From: Bacteroidales bacterium
GTDB taxonomy: Bacteria > Bacteroidota > Bacteroidia > Bacteroidales > UBA12077
DNA length: 64,000 nucleotides
Direction of reading: 5' to 3'
NCBI GenBank assembly: GCA_003446015.1
Contig: DMBU01000108.1
Coordinates: 233 to 64,232, forward strand
The notes below the pieces were generated by a model. That model had not been told where the DNA came from, did not search any database, and was given only the letters and a program-made list of their open reading frames with translations. Both the position numbers and the translations under genes were made by a program. Numbering within the stretch: the first letter of the stretch is position 1; each line of letters starts with the position of its first letter. Shown piece after piece: positions 13,017 through 22,092 of this stretch.

Positions 13017-14417
13017 TTAAACACAAGCATCGCAACAACAATCCTGTTTAACAAAAAACTCTTCATGTATTTCTCGAACTGTTTCATTGCGATCGACTTG
13101 ATTCACTATAAAATAAACAGCAACCGAACTTGCTCCGAAAGAAATTATTTGAATATTAATTCCTTTTCTTGCTACTGCTGTAAATAAACGACCAGCTACT
13201 CCGTATCTGGATGTTAATCCTTCACCTACTGCAGCAATTAGTGAAATATTGCTAATAAATTCAAATTGATTAATCCCATGAATATCTTTCAGTAGATTTG
13301 CTTTTTTAACTTTTAAAAGATCATCCTGAGAAAGTAAAATATTGATTGTTGTTTGAGAGGTAATTACCGATTTGATATTTATTCCGGCTTTATCTAATTC
13401 AACAGTTGATTTAGCTAAGATTCCAGGTTTAATTCCAACTCCAGAACCATGCAATTTTAATATTCCAAAATTGTCGCTATAGGATACACTTTTAATTATA
13501 CCATCACAAACAGTTTCCTTTCCATTAATGATCGTTAAAGGGTGAAGGCCGTTAATTGAATCATTGATATCAAAAATTCGAATTGGAATTTTTTTCTCTA
13601 CTAAAGGCTCCGGAGTTCTGGGATGCAAAATCTGAGATCCAAAATATGCCAGTTCTGCCGCTTCAGCATAAGTTAATGATTCGATATTTACCGCATCAAA
13701 TACTATTTTTGGATCAGCACTTAAAAAGCCTTTTACATCTTTCCATAAATCCAGCGACTCTGCATTTAAACATGCTGCTATTGAAGCTGCTGAATAATCG
13801 CTTCCTCCTCTACCCAGTAAAGTAGTTTTACCTTCCTTAGAAACTCCGTAAAATCCTGGGATAATATATGTCTTACTTGATTCAAAGTTCTTTGGAATTT
13901 CATGTTCCGACAATTCAAAATCTACAGTTGCATTTTTAAACTCGCCATCGGTAATTAAGCCAATTTCTTCAGGGAATGCTTCTACATTCTGAATATCAGC
14001 CTGTTTTAAGACAAATGAAAGAACCAGAGAACTTAATCTCTCTCCATAACTCAGAATCTCATCATAAATAGAATTTGGAACGTCATTTAAATTCTTAATC
14101 TCTAACAGAAATCCTTTCAACATATTTAACCTTTTATCCAATTCCTGTTTAAATTCAAAGATTAGATTTTCGTTCGAAATATTTTCTACAATAATTGCTA
14201 ATTTCTGATTGTTAATGTTTTGAATAAAATGATCGATATCCAATTTCCCCTGAGCAGATAATTCTAATGATTCAATCAAATAATTAGTCATCCCATAAAA
14301 TGCAGATACTACAATTACAAGTGGTTTCTCATAATTGCAAATTGCTTTGAACACTTTTTTTATTCCGTCTTTATCTTTTAAGTTCGAACCACCGAACTTA
14401 ATAACATTGTAAGCCAT
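13017..14417 (-). CDS. lysC: aspartate kinase with an unusual Cys-rich C-terminal tail
   Basis: 466 aa. VIKFGGSNL at the N-terminus, GRGGSDYSA, and C-terminal ACT-like repeats. Ends with QDCCCDACV. Confidence 0.9.
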   Translation of the reverse strand: MAYNVIKFGGSNLKDKDGIKKVFKAICNYEKPLVIVVSAFYGMTNYLIESLELSAQGKLDIDHFIQNINNQKLAIIVENISNENLIFEFKQELDKRLNMLKGFLLEIKNLNDVPNSIYDEILSYGERLSSLVLSFVLKQADIQNVEAFPEEIGLITDGEFKNATVDFELSEHEIPKNFESSKTYIIPGFYGVSKEGKTTLLGRGGSDYSAASIAACLNAESLDLWKDVKGFLSADPKIVFDAVNIESLTYAEAAELAYFGSQILHPRTPEPLVEKKIPIRIFDINDSINGLHPLTIINGKETVCDGIIKSVSYSDNFGILKLHGSGVGIKPGILAKSTVELDKAGINIKSVITSQTTINILLSQDDLLKVKKANLLKDIHGINQFEFISNISLIAAVGEGLTSRYGVAGRLFTAVARKGINIQIISFGASSVAVYFIVNQVDRNETVREIHEEFFVKQDCCCDACV

Positions 14418-14626
14418 CTTTTTAAAATTTTACAAATTAATACACTCCCACTTTGGGCTACGCAAATAATATTCGGAAAGACATTAATCAACTCTCCGAC
14501 TAGCGCATGCACATAGGCAGCAATGGCATTGTAAAATTGTTAAACCAAAAATGGCTTGTAATAACAAAACCCAATACGGAACAACTTTTACAAAAAAATT
14601 CTTTTTTCATGATTTTTTGCGTTTAG

Positions 14627-14741
14627 TTTATAATTTCCCATCGACTTATGTCGAAATTGGGTTAGGTATTGGCACCTTTGAACATTTTGTTCCGGTTGCC
14701 AGAGGTTCACAGAGCCTAATCTCTCCCCTCTTCTTTATAAA
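14627..14741 (-). promoter_or_regulatory. SAM-I (S-box) riboswitch aptamer
   Basis: Minus strand reads UUUAUAAAGAAGAGGGGAGAGAUUAGGCUCUGUGAACCUCUGGCAACCGG...AAGGUGCCAAUACCUAACCC...GAUGGGAAAUUAUAAA. It matches the conserved SAM-I blocks (GAGGGA-like, UGAA, GGCAACC, GGUGCCAAUUCC-like). A 7-bp P1 forms between UUUAUAA and UUAUAAA. It lies upstream of a methionine operon. Confidence 0.7.
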
Positions 14742-14779
14742 TCAAACGCCCTTTGGAAAGGATGTTTGAAATGATGCAA

Positions 14780-14812
14780 CAAAGATAAAGACAAATTTTT
14801 GAAATATGCAAA
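14780..14812 (-). promoter_or_regulatory. putative Bacteroidota sigma-A promoter of the met operon
   Basis: Minus strand has TTTG (14812-14809), 21 nt, then TATCTTTG (14787-14780), matching TTTG/TAnnTTTG. It sits about 40 nt upstream of the riboswitch. Confidence 0.4.
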
Positions 14813-14827
14813 TTTGATTTTTATTCA

Positions 14828-14853
14828 ACAAAAAATCCAGCCAGATGCTGGAT
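14828..14853 (-). terminator. intrinsic terminator after the 271-aa secreted-protein gene
   Basis: Minus strand reads ATCCAGC-ATCTG-GCTGGAT followed by TTTTTTG. Confidence 0.6.
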
Positions 14854-14877
14854 TCGAGTTAATATGGCAAGCTATTT

Positions 14878-15693
14878 TTATTCCTGCTCTTCAAGTCCAA
14901 TTTCCAATAAACTTACTTTTTGATAATCGGCAGGAGGTATAAATTCAGATGCCTCTACGGATGATTTTTTAAGATTGGTAACCTCGGAAATAGATTCATA
15001 ACCACCATTGTAATTAATAGATTTTAAAGGGAATCCTTTTTTTGCAAATTCAATATATTTTTCGTTGTTCTGATAAAATGCATGTGTTCCAGCCTGACTT
15101 GTAAAATCTCCAAAAATGGTATAAAACTTATTTATGTCAAATTCTTCGTGAGGTCTGCTCGACTCAGAAAGCCATGCTTCTTCTTTTATAGCTTCATTTA
15201 CAGTTATGGAATATTTATATGCTATGTGCCCTGCTATTCGTTCTTTTTCTCCCGTTTTTTCAATTTTCAATTCATACTCTTCGGGTTCTTCACCAGCAAA
15301 TTTTGAAGGATTATCGATGCTTTCCATCATGCCCTGATACATTTTACGAATCATTTCTTTTTGCTCATCACGGGCAGTTTTTAATTGCTCCTCCATAGCC
15401 AATTGCATGGCATCTTTAATCTCTTTCTTATAATCTGCAACCTTTCCAGTCCAGTACACTTTCTTTACCGGACTCATTATGGTAATCATTTCAGTGTTTA
15501 AATTAAACATGGTTACCATTTCGGGCTGAACAACTTTCATAATATTGCCTTGAAGGTAAATTGTTTCGATCAATGCTGTTTCCACACCTTCGTCGGAATC
15601 GTAACTTTGCTGTGTTATAACCCATCCGGCAGTAGCTTGAAGATTAATCAATAATGTAAAAACTAGTATATAAAGGATTTTTGCTTTTTTCAT
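14878..15693 (-). CDS. secreted hypothetical protein
   Basis: 271 aa. Signal peptide MKKAKILYILVFTLLINLQATA. No recognisable catalytic motif. Central charged coiled region. Confidence 0.6.
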   Translation of the reverse strand: MKKAKILYILVFTLLINLQATAGWVITQQSYDSDEGVETALIETIYLQGNIMKVVQPEMVTMFNLNTEMITIMSPVKKVYWTGKVADYKKEIKDAMQLAMEEQLKTARDEQKEMIRKMYQGMMESIDNPSKFAGEEPEEYELKIEKTGEKERIAGHIAYKYSITVNEAIKEEAWLSESSRPHEEFDINKFYTIFGDFTSQAGTHAFYQNNEKYIEFAKKGFPLKSINYNGGYESISEVTNLKKSSVEASEFIPPADYQKVSLLEIGLEEQE

Positions 15694-15861
15694 TTCAATA
15701 TGGTTTTTCAGATTTTACTTCTAATAACATACCAAAGATTTTAATATTGCATGTTTCAAGATCAAAAGTAGAAATAAATTTTTAATTTGAAGGTCCTCAG
15801 AAGTTTTGTTTTGTTGAATTTGAAAAAAGAACTTTTACTCAGAACTATAAGTTATAAATAG

Positions 15862-15886
15862 ATTCCGGCTTAAAGGCCGGAATGAC
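15862..15886. repeat. REP-like hairpin of the GATTCC..GGAATGAC family
   Basis: ATTCCGGCT-TAAA-GGCCGGAAT followed by GAC. The same outline appears at 2207-2229, weaker at 38453-38477, and as a half-site at 5297-5323. Confidence 0.6.
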
Positions 15887-15895
15887 AATCTACAT

Positions 15896-15931
15896 TAAAA
15901 AAGCCCCTTGTGCATGTAGCAACAAAGGGCT
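15896..15931 (-). terminator. intrinsic terminator after groEL
   Basis: Minus strand reads GCCCTTTG-loop-CAAGGGGC followed by TTTTTT, about 25 nt after the stop. Confidence 0.75.
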
Positions 15932-15957
15932 GATAATATATAAAGTGATGATTGCTT

Positions 15958-17592
15958 TTACATCATTCCCATTCCGCCACCCATTCCGCCTGCTGGCATT
16001 GGAGGCATTTCTTCTTCTTCTTCAACAATTACGCACTCAGTAGTTAAGAACATTCCTGCAATAGAAGCTGCATTTTCCAATGCAATACGAGCTACTTTTG
16101 TAGGGTCAATAACTCCGGATTCATACAAGTTTTCGTATTGATTTGTACGAGCATTGTAGCCGTAATCAGCTTTTCCTTCTTTTACTTTTTGAACAATAAC
16201 TGATCCTTCAATACCTGCATTTTCAACAATCTGGCGTAAAGGTTCTTCAATAGCTCTCTTAACGATTGCTATTCCAGTTGTTTCGTCTTCGTTTTCACCT
16301 TTTAATCCTTCTAATACAGCAATAGCACGAATATAACCAACTCCACCTCCAGGAATAATTCCTTCTTCAACTGCTGCACGAGTAGCACTTAATGCATCGT
16401 CAACACGGTCTTTCTTCTCTTTTAATTCCATTTCGCTGGCAGCACCTACATAAATAACTGCTACACCACCCGACAATTTAGCTAAACGTTCTTGTAGTTT
16501 TTCTTTATCGTAATCAGAAGTTGAAGCTTCAATTTGAGATTTGATTTGATTAACACGTGCATCGATATTTTCTTTTGCACCATCTCCATTTACAATTGTA
16601 GTATTTTCTTTATCGATAGATATTTTTTCGCAAGTACCTAACATATCAAGAGAAGCCCCTTCTAATGTTAATCCTTTTTCTTCTGTTATTACAGTTCCTC
16701 CAGTAAGTACGGCTATATCTTCCAACATTTCTTTTCTTCTATCACCAAAACCCGGAGCTTTAACAGCGGCAACTTTTAATGAACCACGAATTTTATTAAC
16801 CACTAAGGTAGCTAATGCTTCACCTTCGATATCTTCAGCTATAATCATTAAAGGTTTTCCATTTTGTACAGAAGCTTCAAGAATAGGCATAAGATCTTTC
16901 ATTGTAGAGATCTTTTTATCTGTAAGAAGTATGTATGGATGATCCATTACAGCTTCCATTTTATCTGTATTTGTAACGAAGTATGGAGAAATATATCCAC
17001 GATCGAATTGCATACCTTCAACGGTTTTTAATTCATCTTCAGTACCTTTAGCTTCCTCAACAGTTATAACTCCTTCTCTTCCTGCTGCTTTCATTGCATT
17101 AGCAATTAATTTGCCAATAGAAGAATCGTTATTTGCTGAAATCGTAGCTACTTGTTCTATTTTATCGTTTGACTCACCAACATCGTGAGACTGTTTTTTC
17201 AGGCTTTCTACAACCTTAGTTACAGCTTTATCGATACCACGTTTTAAATCCATTGGATTAGCACCCGCAGTAACATTTTTAATACCAACATTAATTATTG
17301 ATTGAGCTAAAACAGTAGCAGTTGTGGTACCATCACCAGCATCATCATTTGTTTTTGATGCTACCTCTTTTACCATTTGTGCGCCTAAGTTTTCGAATTT
17401 ATCTTTCAATTCGATTTCTTTTGCAACCGTAACACCATCTTTTGTTACCTGTGGAGCACCAAATTTCTTTTCAATTACTACATTACGACCCTTTGGGCCT
17501 AAAGTAATCTTTACTGCATTTGCTAATTTATCAATTCCTTTTTTCAATTGATCTCTAGCATCAATATCATATTTTAATTCTCTAGCTGCCAT
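15958..17592 (-). CDS. groL: chaperonin GroEL
   Basis: 544 aa. AARELKY start, [10 protein letters not shown], and a C-terminal [10 protein letters not shown] tail. Confidence 0.99.
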   Translation of the reverse strand: MAARELKYDIDARDQLKKGIDKLANAVKITLGPKGRNVVIEKKFGAPQVTKDGVTVAKEIELKDKFENLGAQMVKEVASKTNDDAGDGTTTATVLAQSIINVGIKNVTAGANPMDLKRGIDKAVTKVVESLKKQSHDVGESNDKIEQVATISANNDSSIGKLIANAMKAAGREGVITVEEAKGTEDELKTVEGMQFDRGYISPYFVTNTDKMEAVMDHPYILLTDKKISTMKDLMPILEASVQNGKPLMIIAEDIEGEALATLVVNKIRGSLKVAAVKAPGFGDRRKEMLEDIAVLTGGTVITEEKGLTLEGASLDMLGTCEKISIDKENTTIVNGDGAKENIDARVNQIKSQIEASTSDYDKEKLQERLAKLSGGVAVIYVGAASEMELKEKKDRVDDALSATRAAVEEGIIPGGGVGYIRAIAVLEGLKGENEDETTGIAIVKRAIEEPLRQIVENAGIEGSVIVQKVKEGKADYGYNARTNQYENLYESGVIDPTKVARIALENAASIAGMFLTTECVIVEEEEEMPPMPAGGMGGGMGMM

Positions 17593-17625
17593 TTTCTTTA
17601 TTTTTTAATGATTTTACTTAACTAA

Positions 17626-17904
17626 TTATTCAACTAATAGAATGTCATCTTCACGCATAATTAAATAATCTTTTCCATCGATCTTAATCTCTGTTCCAGA
17701 ATATTTACCATAAATAACTACATCACCTGCTTTTAATGACATTGGCTCGTCTTTTTTTCCTTCACCAACAGCAATCACAGTTCCCTTTTGTGGTTTTTCC
17801 TGAGCTGAATCAGGAATAATAATTCCACTTGCAGTTTTTTCTTCAGCCTTATGCGACTCAACTAAAACTCGATCTTTTAATGGTCTATACTTAAATTCTG
17901 ACAT
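17626..17904 (-). CDS. groES: co-chaperonin GroES
   Basis: 92 aa. PLKDRVLV...[22 protein letters not shown]. Confidence 0.98.
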   Translation of the reverse strand: MSEFKYRPLKDRVLVESHKAEEKTASGIIIPDSAQEKPQKGTVIAVGEGKKDEPMSLKAGDVVIYGKYSGTEIKIDGKDYLIMREDDILLVE

Positions 17905-17985
17905 TGTTATAAATATTTAAATTGTTAAACATATTTTTCTTTTCACGAAACCTAGTGATCATAATTTGTGCCAAAGGTTTTTACA

Positions 17986-18020
17986 CAAAAAAAGTGTCAG
18001 CCTTTATGACAGACTGACAC
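17986..18020 (-). terminator. intrinsic terminator after secG
   Basis: Minus strand reads GTGTCAG-N13-CTGACAC followed by TTTTTTTG. Confidence 0.7.
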
Positions 18021-18043
18021 TTTATATATTTTAAAACTAAGTT

Positions 18044-18385
18044 CTAATTTTCTTCTGCAGGCTTTTCCGTTTCAGGAACTGAAGTTGGAAACTGAGGCAT
18101 TTGAGTAGGATCAACAGCATTATTAACTTGTTGTTCTATTTTTGATTTTTCTTCAATTTCACCACGAGGTATTGTCATTGTGGCAACTACGCTTAGAACA
18201 ACTAAACTAACAGCTAATGTCCATGTAGCTTTTTCGAGAAAATCTGCTGTTTTTCTAACACCCATAACCTGATTTGAGCCTGAAAAATTAGATGCTAACC
18301 CGCCTCCCTTTGAGTTCTGAACCAACACAATTAAAGTTAGTAATATACTCGCAATAATGATTAATACTGAAACTAATACGTACAT
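18044..18385 (-). CDS. secG: preprotein translocase subunit SecG
   Basis: 113 aa. Two TM helices and LVQNSKGGGLASNFSG. Confidence 0.9.
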   Translation of the reverse strand: MYVLVSVLIIIASILLTLIVLVQNSKGGGLASNFSGSNQVMGVRKTADFLEKATWTLAVSLVVLSVVATMTIPRGEIEEKSKIEQQVNNAVDPTQMPQFPTSVPETEKPAEEN

Positions 18386-18396
18386 ATCAAAGTATT

Positions 18397-19395
18397 TTAT
18401 TGTTTGTTAATTTTTTCTTCAAGTATTTTAATTTGACTGGCAAAGTAAGCACTTTTTTCCGGATATTTCAAACTTAATTTTTCATAAGATTGAATTGCTT
18501 TTTCAAATAAACCTTGTTTGATATAAACCTTAACTAAAGTTTCGGATAGAAGGTTGCTATCTTCCTTAGCGCTTTCTTCCGATATATCAACATTTTCCTC
18601 ATTTGTTTCTTTTGGTTTTATCCTCGGATTTTGCTGTATAAACTGAGATATTAAATCATTATCTTTTTTTAAAATTTCATGATCGGCGTAATTATTAATA
18701 TCAAAGTATTCCGAAGATTTTTGCTTTTCATCGGACCATTTATTTTCGATACTTTCAGATTCGATTAATTCAAATGATTCTTTATCATCCTCTGCAATTT
18801 CTGATCTTTCAATCTTTTTAGCTGATTCAGCTTCGTCAATATCCAGGATATCCCGTTTCTTTTTTAATTTACTGTTATCATCAGGGTCAGCATCAATTGT
18901 AATGATATTGTTTTTCCCTTCGCGTTCTTCCTCAATAAAATAAATCTCAGAGTGATATTTCAATTTATCATTTTCTTTCACAGCTGAAAATTCTAGTTGA
19001 CTGGAAATGGTTTCTGAAATATTTTCACCCATTCCTTCAAAACTATCGTTTATTTTTCGACGAACATTTTTATGTTTTAATAATTGGGGATTGGGAATAA
19101 AATCATCCGTTTTTTGATCAGCAGTAATAACTTTTTCAGTTTCTTTATCAGTTATCAGCTCAAATTCTGTGTTTAAAAATTTAAATAGCAAGTCCCGATC
19201 CGAAATATTTGCTGATAATTTTGAAAGTTCCTGATTGAAATTATCACTATTTTGGACTTTTAACGCTTTCAAATATAAGCTGTGAGCTGTTTGAAAGTAT
19301 GGATAATCCCATCTCAGTTTTTTCAACTCTGCCAGATTCGCTTTTTCAAGCAAACCGGGGTTTTCAATATATTTTATAATATCTGACTCTGTCAT
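18397..19395 (-). CDS. acidic hypothetical protein with a C-terminal TPR-like motif
   Basis: 332 aa. Asp/Glu/Lys-rich low-complexity centre. C-terminus is VYIKQGLFEKAIQSYEKLSLKYPEKSAYFASQI. Conserved position between lptE and secG. Confidence 0.6.
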   Translation of the reverse strand: MTESDIIKYIENPGLLEKANLAELKKLRWDYPYFQTAHSLYLKALKVQNSDNFNQELSKLSANISDRDLLFKFLNTEFELITDKETEKVITADQKTDDFIPNPQLLKHKNVRRKINDSFEGMGENISETISSQLEFSAVKENDKLKYHSEIYFIEEEREGKNNIITIDADPDDNSKLKKKRDILDIDEAESAKKIERSEIAEDDKESFELIESESIENKWSDEKQKSSEYFDINNYADHEILKKDNDLISQFIQQNPRIKPKETNEENVDISEESAKEDSNLLSETLVKVYIKQGLFEKAIQSYEKLSLKYPEKSAYFASQIKILEEKINKQ

Positions 19396-19401
19396 TAAAT
19401 A

Positions 19402-19905
19402 TTACCAGTTTACAACTGATTTATTAAAAATATCTTCAATCAATTTTTCCACAATTTCCTCAACTTTTTCTTGCTCAACAGCAGACAAATCCAAATCACT
19501 GTCGTAATCGGCAAACTGTGTAAAGTTAGTGTCGAAATTATATTCGGGTTCTATTTCATTGGTAAATTTCACATGTACAGTAATGGAAAGCCTGTTTTGA
19601 GATGCAGTTTCATCCCCGGTAATTGCCATTGGCTTAACTTCATAATTTGTTATTTCGCCTTCAAAATTCAGGTGCCCGGCATCATTTACTACCATAAGAC
19701 TAGTTTGTGATTTAAATTTATCTTTAAGTTCATCTGTAAAATATTGTTCCAGATTGGCCAATCCTAAAGGTGCCCGGTTCACAAAATACTGAACAGAGAT
19801 CGTTTTTACATCAGGTGCAATAGATGCTCCTGTTAATGAATATTTGATTGTACAAGCCTGATTTATAAACGCAAATAATAAAATGAACAGTGCTAATTTT
19901 CTCAT
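19402..19905 (-). CDS. lptE: LptE-family LPS-assembly lipoprotein
   Basis: 167 aa. Lipobox FINQAC. Size and synteny (sigma-54 activator, lptE, secG) are typical of Bacteroidota. Confidence 0.65.
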   Translation of the reverse strand: MRKLALFILLFAFINQACTIKYSLTGASIAPDVKTISVQYFVNRAPLGLANLEQYFTDELKDKFKSQTSLMVVNDAGHLNFEGEITNYEVKPMAITGDETASQNRLSITVHVKFTNEIEPEYNFDTNFTQFADYDSDLDLSAVEQEKVEEIVEKLIEDIFNKSVVNW

Positions 19906-19908
19906 AAT

Positions 19909-21138
19909 CTAATCTATGTTGTATTCCTTAATTTTTCTATAAAGTGTTCTTTCAGATATTCCTAAATCCTGTGATGCATATTTCCTTTTACCATTATGCT
20001 TCTCAAGGGCCTTTTTTATCAGTTCAATTTCTTTATCCTCCAGCGAAAGAGATTCTTCAATAAACTCCTCAGTGTCTTCAATATCGGAATCATCAACCTG
20101 ATTTACTGAAGATTGATGTACCCCTGAAGGATTAATGATGGATGAAGAAGCCTGATTTATATTATGGATTAAGCGATCGGCATTTTCAATATGATCCATA
20201 CTAACTCCTTTATCGATAATTTCGTGAACCAGCTTTTTAAGATTGTTTAAATCGCCCTTCATATCGAATAAAAACTTGTATAAAATCTCGCGTTCAGTTG
20301 CAAAAGTTTTTTCATCAACTAAATCATTTTTATATAAAGCAGGTAATTTATTTGGATAATAATTGGGTAAATATTTCTTTAAGACTTCGGCATTAATTAT
20401 TCTGTTCTCTTCGATAACCGACAACTGCTCAGTAATATTTTTTAATTGCCGGACATTACCGGGCCACTCGTATTTTGCAAGAATTTGTTGAGCTTCATCA
20501 TCCAGACTGATCGGAGGCATTCTGTAACGTTCAGCAAAATCGGTAGCAAATTTTCTAAATAACAAATAAATATCACCCCCTCGCTCTTTTAAAGGAGGAA
20601 TAATAATTGGGACCGTATTTAAGCGGTAATATAAATCTTCTCTGAAGCGATTTTCTTCAATGGCTTTTACTAAATCGATATTTGTAGCCGCAATAAGCCT
20701 AACATTTGTTTTTTGAGGTTTTGATGAACCAACCCGAAGAAACTCCCCGGATTCCAGTACACGCAGAAGTCTAACTTGTGTAGACATTGGAAGTTCTGCA
20801 ACCTCATCCAGAAAAATCGTTCCTTCATCTGCAACTTCAAAATAACCCTGACGGCTATCATGAGCTCCGGTAAAAGAGCCTTTCTCGTGACCAAAAAGTT
20901 CTGAATCAATAGTTCCTTCTGGTATTGCACCGCAGTTTACAGGAATATATTTACCATGTTTTCTGGAGCTGAAATTATGTATGATCTGGGGAAAAACTTC
21001 TTTACCTGTACCGCTTTCACCTGTAATAAGAACAGACAGATCTGTTGGTGCAACTTGTGCAGCAACATCAATAGCGCGGTTTAAACCAAACGAATTACCT
21101 ATAATTCCAAATCGTTGTTTAATTTTCTGAATGTCCAT
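19909..21138 (-). CDS. sigma-54-dependent transcriptional activator without an N-terminal sensor domain
   Basis: 409 aa. The AAA+ domain begins at about residue 10 (Walker A GESGTGKE, GSFTGA loop, Walker B IFLDEV). Long acidic linker and C-terminal Fis-type HTH (ASQDLGISERTLYRKIKEY). Confidence 0.9.
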   Translation of the reverse strand: MDIQKIKQRFGIIGNSFGLNRAIDVAAQVAPTDLSVLITGESGTGKEVFPQIIHNFSSRKHGKYIPVNCGAIPEGTIDSELFGHEKGSFTGAHDSRQGYFEVADEGTIFLDEVAELPMSTQVRLLRVLESGEFLRVGSSKPQKTNVRLIAATNIDLVKAIEENRFREDLYYRLNTVPIIIPPLKERGGDIYLLFRKFATDFAERYRMPPISLDDEAQQILAKYEWPGNVRQLKNITEQLSVIEENRIINAEVLKKYLPNYYPNKLPALYKNDLVDEKTFATEREILYKFLFDMKGDLNNLKKLVHEIIDKGVSMDHIENADRLIHNINQASSSIINPSGVHQSSVNQVDDSDIEDTEEFIEESLSLEDKEIELIKKALEKHNGKRKYASQDLGISERTLYRKIKEYNID

Positions 21139-21252
21139 TGAAATTAATTTTTAATTGCCTTTTTTAATATGACAAAATTACAATTTTAAATTTGTAATCT
21201 TATTTTTTTAACAAGATTTAAGAAATATTAGCTGTCATTAAGGCAGCCTTTA

Positions 21253-21287
21253 GTTTTGAGTTTCAAGTTTAGAGTTTAGAGTTAAAA
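21253..21287. repeat. five tandem heptamers (GTTTNRA)
   Basis: gttttga gtttcaa gtttaga gtttaga gttaaaa, in the divergent promoter region. Confidence 0.85.
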
Positions 21288-21315
21288 TTTAACCTTTTCA
21301 TTAAGGATTAAATTG

Positions 21316-21323
21316 TAAATTTG
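21316..21323 (+). promoter_or_regulatory. putative -7 box of the kdsB promoter
   Basis: TAAATTTG matches TAnnTTTG, 22 nt upstream of the ATG. No clean TTTG -33 element. Confidence 0.3.
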
Positions 21324-21345
21324 TGATTATTAAAATTATTCAAAT

Positions 21346-22086
21346 ATGGATTTTATAGGTATTATTCCTGCTCGTTTTGCTTCAACCCGTTTTCCGGGCA
21401 AACCCTTAGTTGATATTCATGGTAAATCAATGATTGAGCGGGTTTATGAGCAAGCTAAAAAGGCTTTAGAATATGTTTATGTTGCAACCGATGATGAAAA
21501 AATTGCCGCTGAAGTTCAGCGTTTTGGAGGTTGTGTTGTGATGACATCCGAAAAACATCAAAGCGGAACCGATAGACTTGCCGAAGCCATTGACATTATA
21601 AGAAAAGAAACGAAAGAAAATTTTGATGTTGTTATCAATATTCAGGGAGATGAGCCATTTATTCAACCCAAGCAAATTGAAGAAATAAAGTCTTGTTTTG
21701 ATAATCCCTTAACTAAAATTGCAACTCTGGTAAAAAAGATTGAGAATAACGAAGATGTTTTCGATATTAATAAGCCCAAAGTTATTTTTAATAAAAAAAT
21801 GCAGGCTATTTACTTTAGTCGTTCACCTATTCCTTTTTTAAGAGGAATTGAAAAAGAGCAATGGCATTTAAAACATGATTTCTACAAACATATTGGAATG
21901 TATGCTTATAAAATAAAGACCTTAAACGAATTAACGGAACTGGAACAATCGCCGCTTGAACTTGCCGAATCGTTAGAGCAATTGCGCTGGATCGAAAATG
22001 GCTATGCTATTTATGTAGCTATTACGAAATTTGATAGTTTTGGAGTAGATACACCAGAAGATTTGGAAAAAATTTTAAAGAAATAG
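21346..22086 (+). CDS. kdsB: 3-deoxy-manno-octulosonate cytidylyltransferase
   Basis: 246 aa. IIPARFASTRFPGKPL and IQGDEPF. Confidence 0.95.
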   Translation: MDFIGIIPARFASTRFPGKPLVDIHGKSMIERVYEQAKKALEYVYVATDDEKIAAEVQRFGGCVVMTSEKHQSGTDRLAEAIDIIRKETKENFDVVINIQGDEPFIQPKQIEEIKSCFDNPLTKIATLVKKIENNEDVFDINKPKVIFNKKMQAIYFSRSPIPFLRGIEKEQWHLKHDFYKHIGMYAYKIKTLNELTELEQSPLELAESLEQLRWIENGYAIYVAITKFDSFGVDTPEDLEKILKK

Positions 22087-22092
22087 TGTTTA

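Noticed and set aside
14551-14769. 72-aa plus-strand ORF in the lysC upstream region
   Set aside because: It lies antisense to the SAM-I riboswitch and leader, and has low-complexity composition and no start context. It is spurious.
17957-17974. Sigma-54-like -24/-12 element upstream of groES (minus strand TTGGCACAAATTATGATC)
   Set aside because: The -24 TGGCAC is good, but the -12 position reads TGAT rather than the near-invariant TTGC (no GC dinucleotide at the correct spacing).
17905-18043. CIRCE heat-shock operator upstream of groES
   Set aside because: No TTAGCACTC-N9-GAGTGCTAA-like inverted repeat is present. The only strong hairpin here is the secG terminator.
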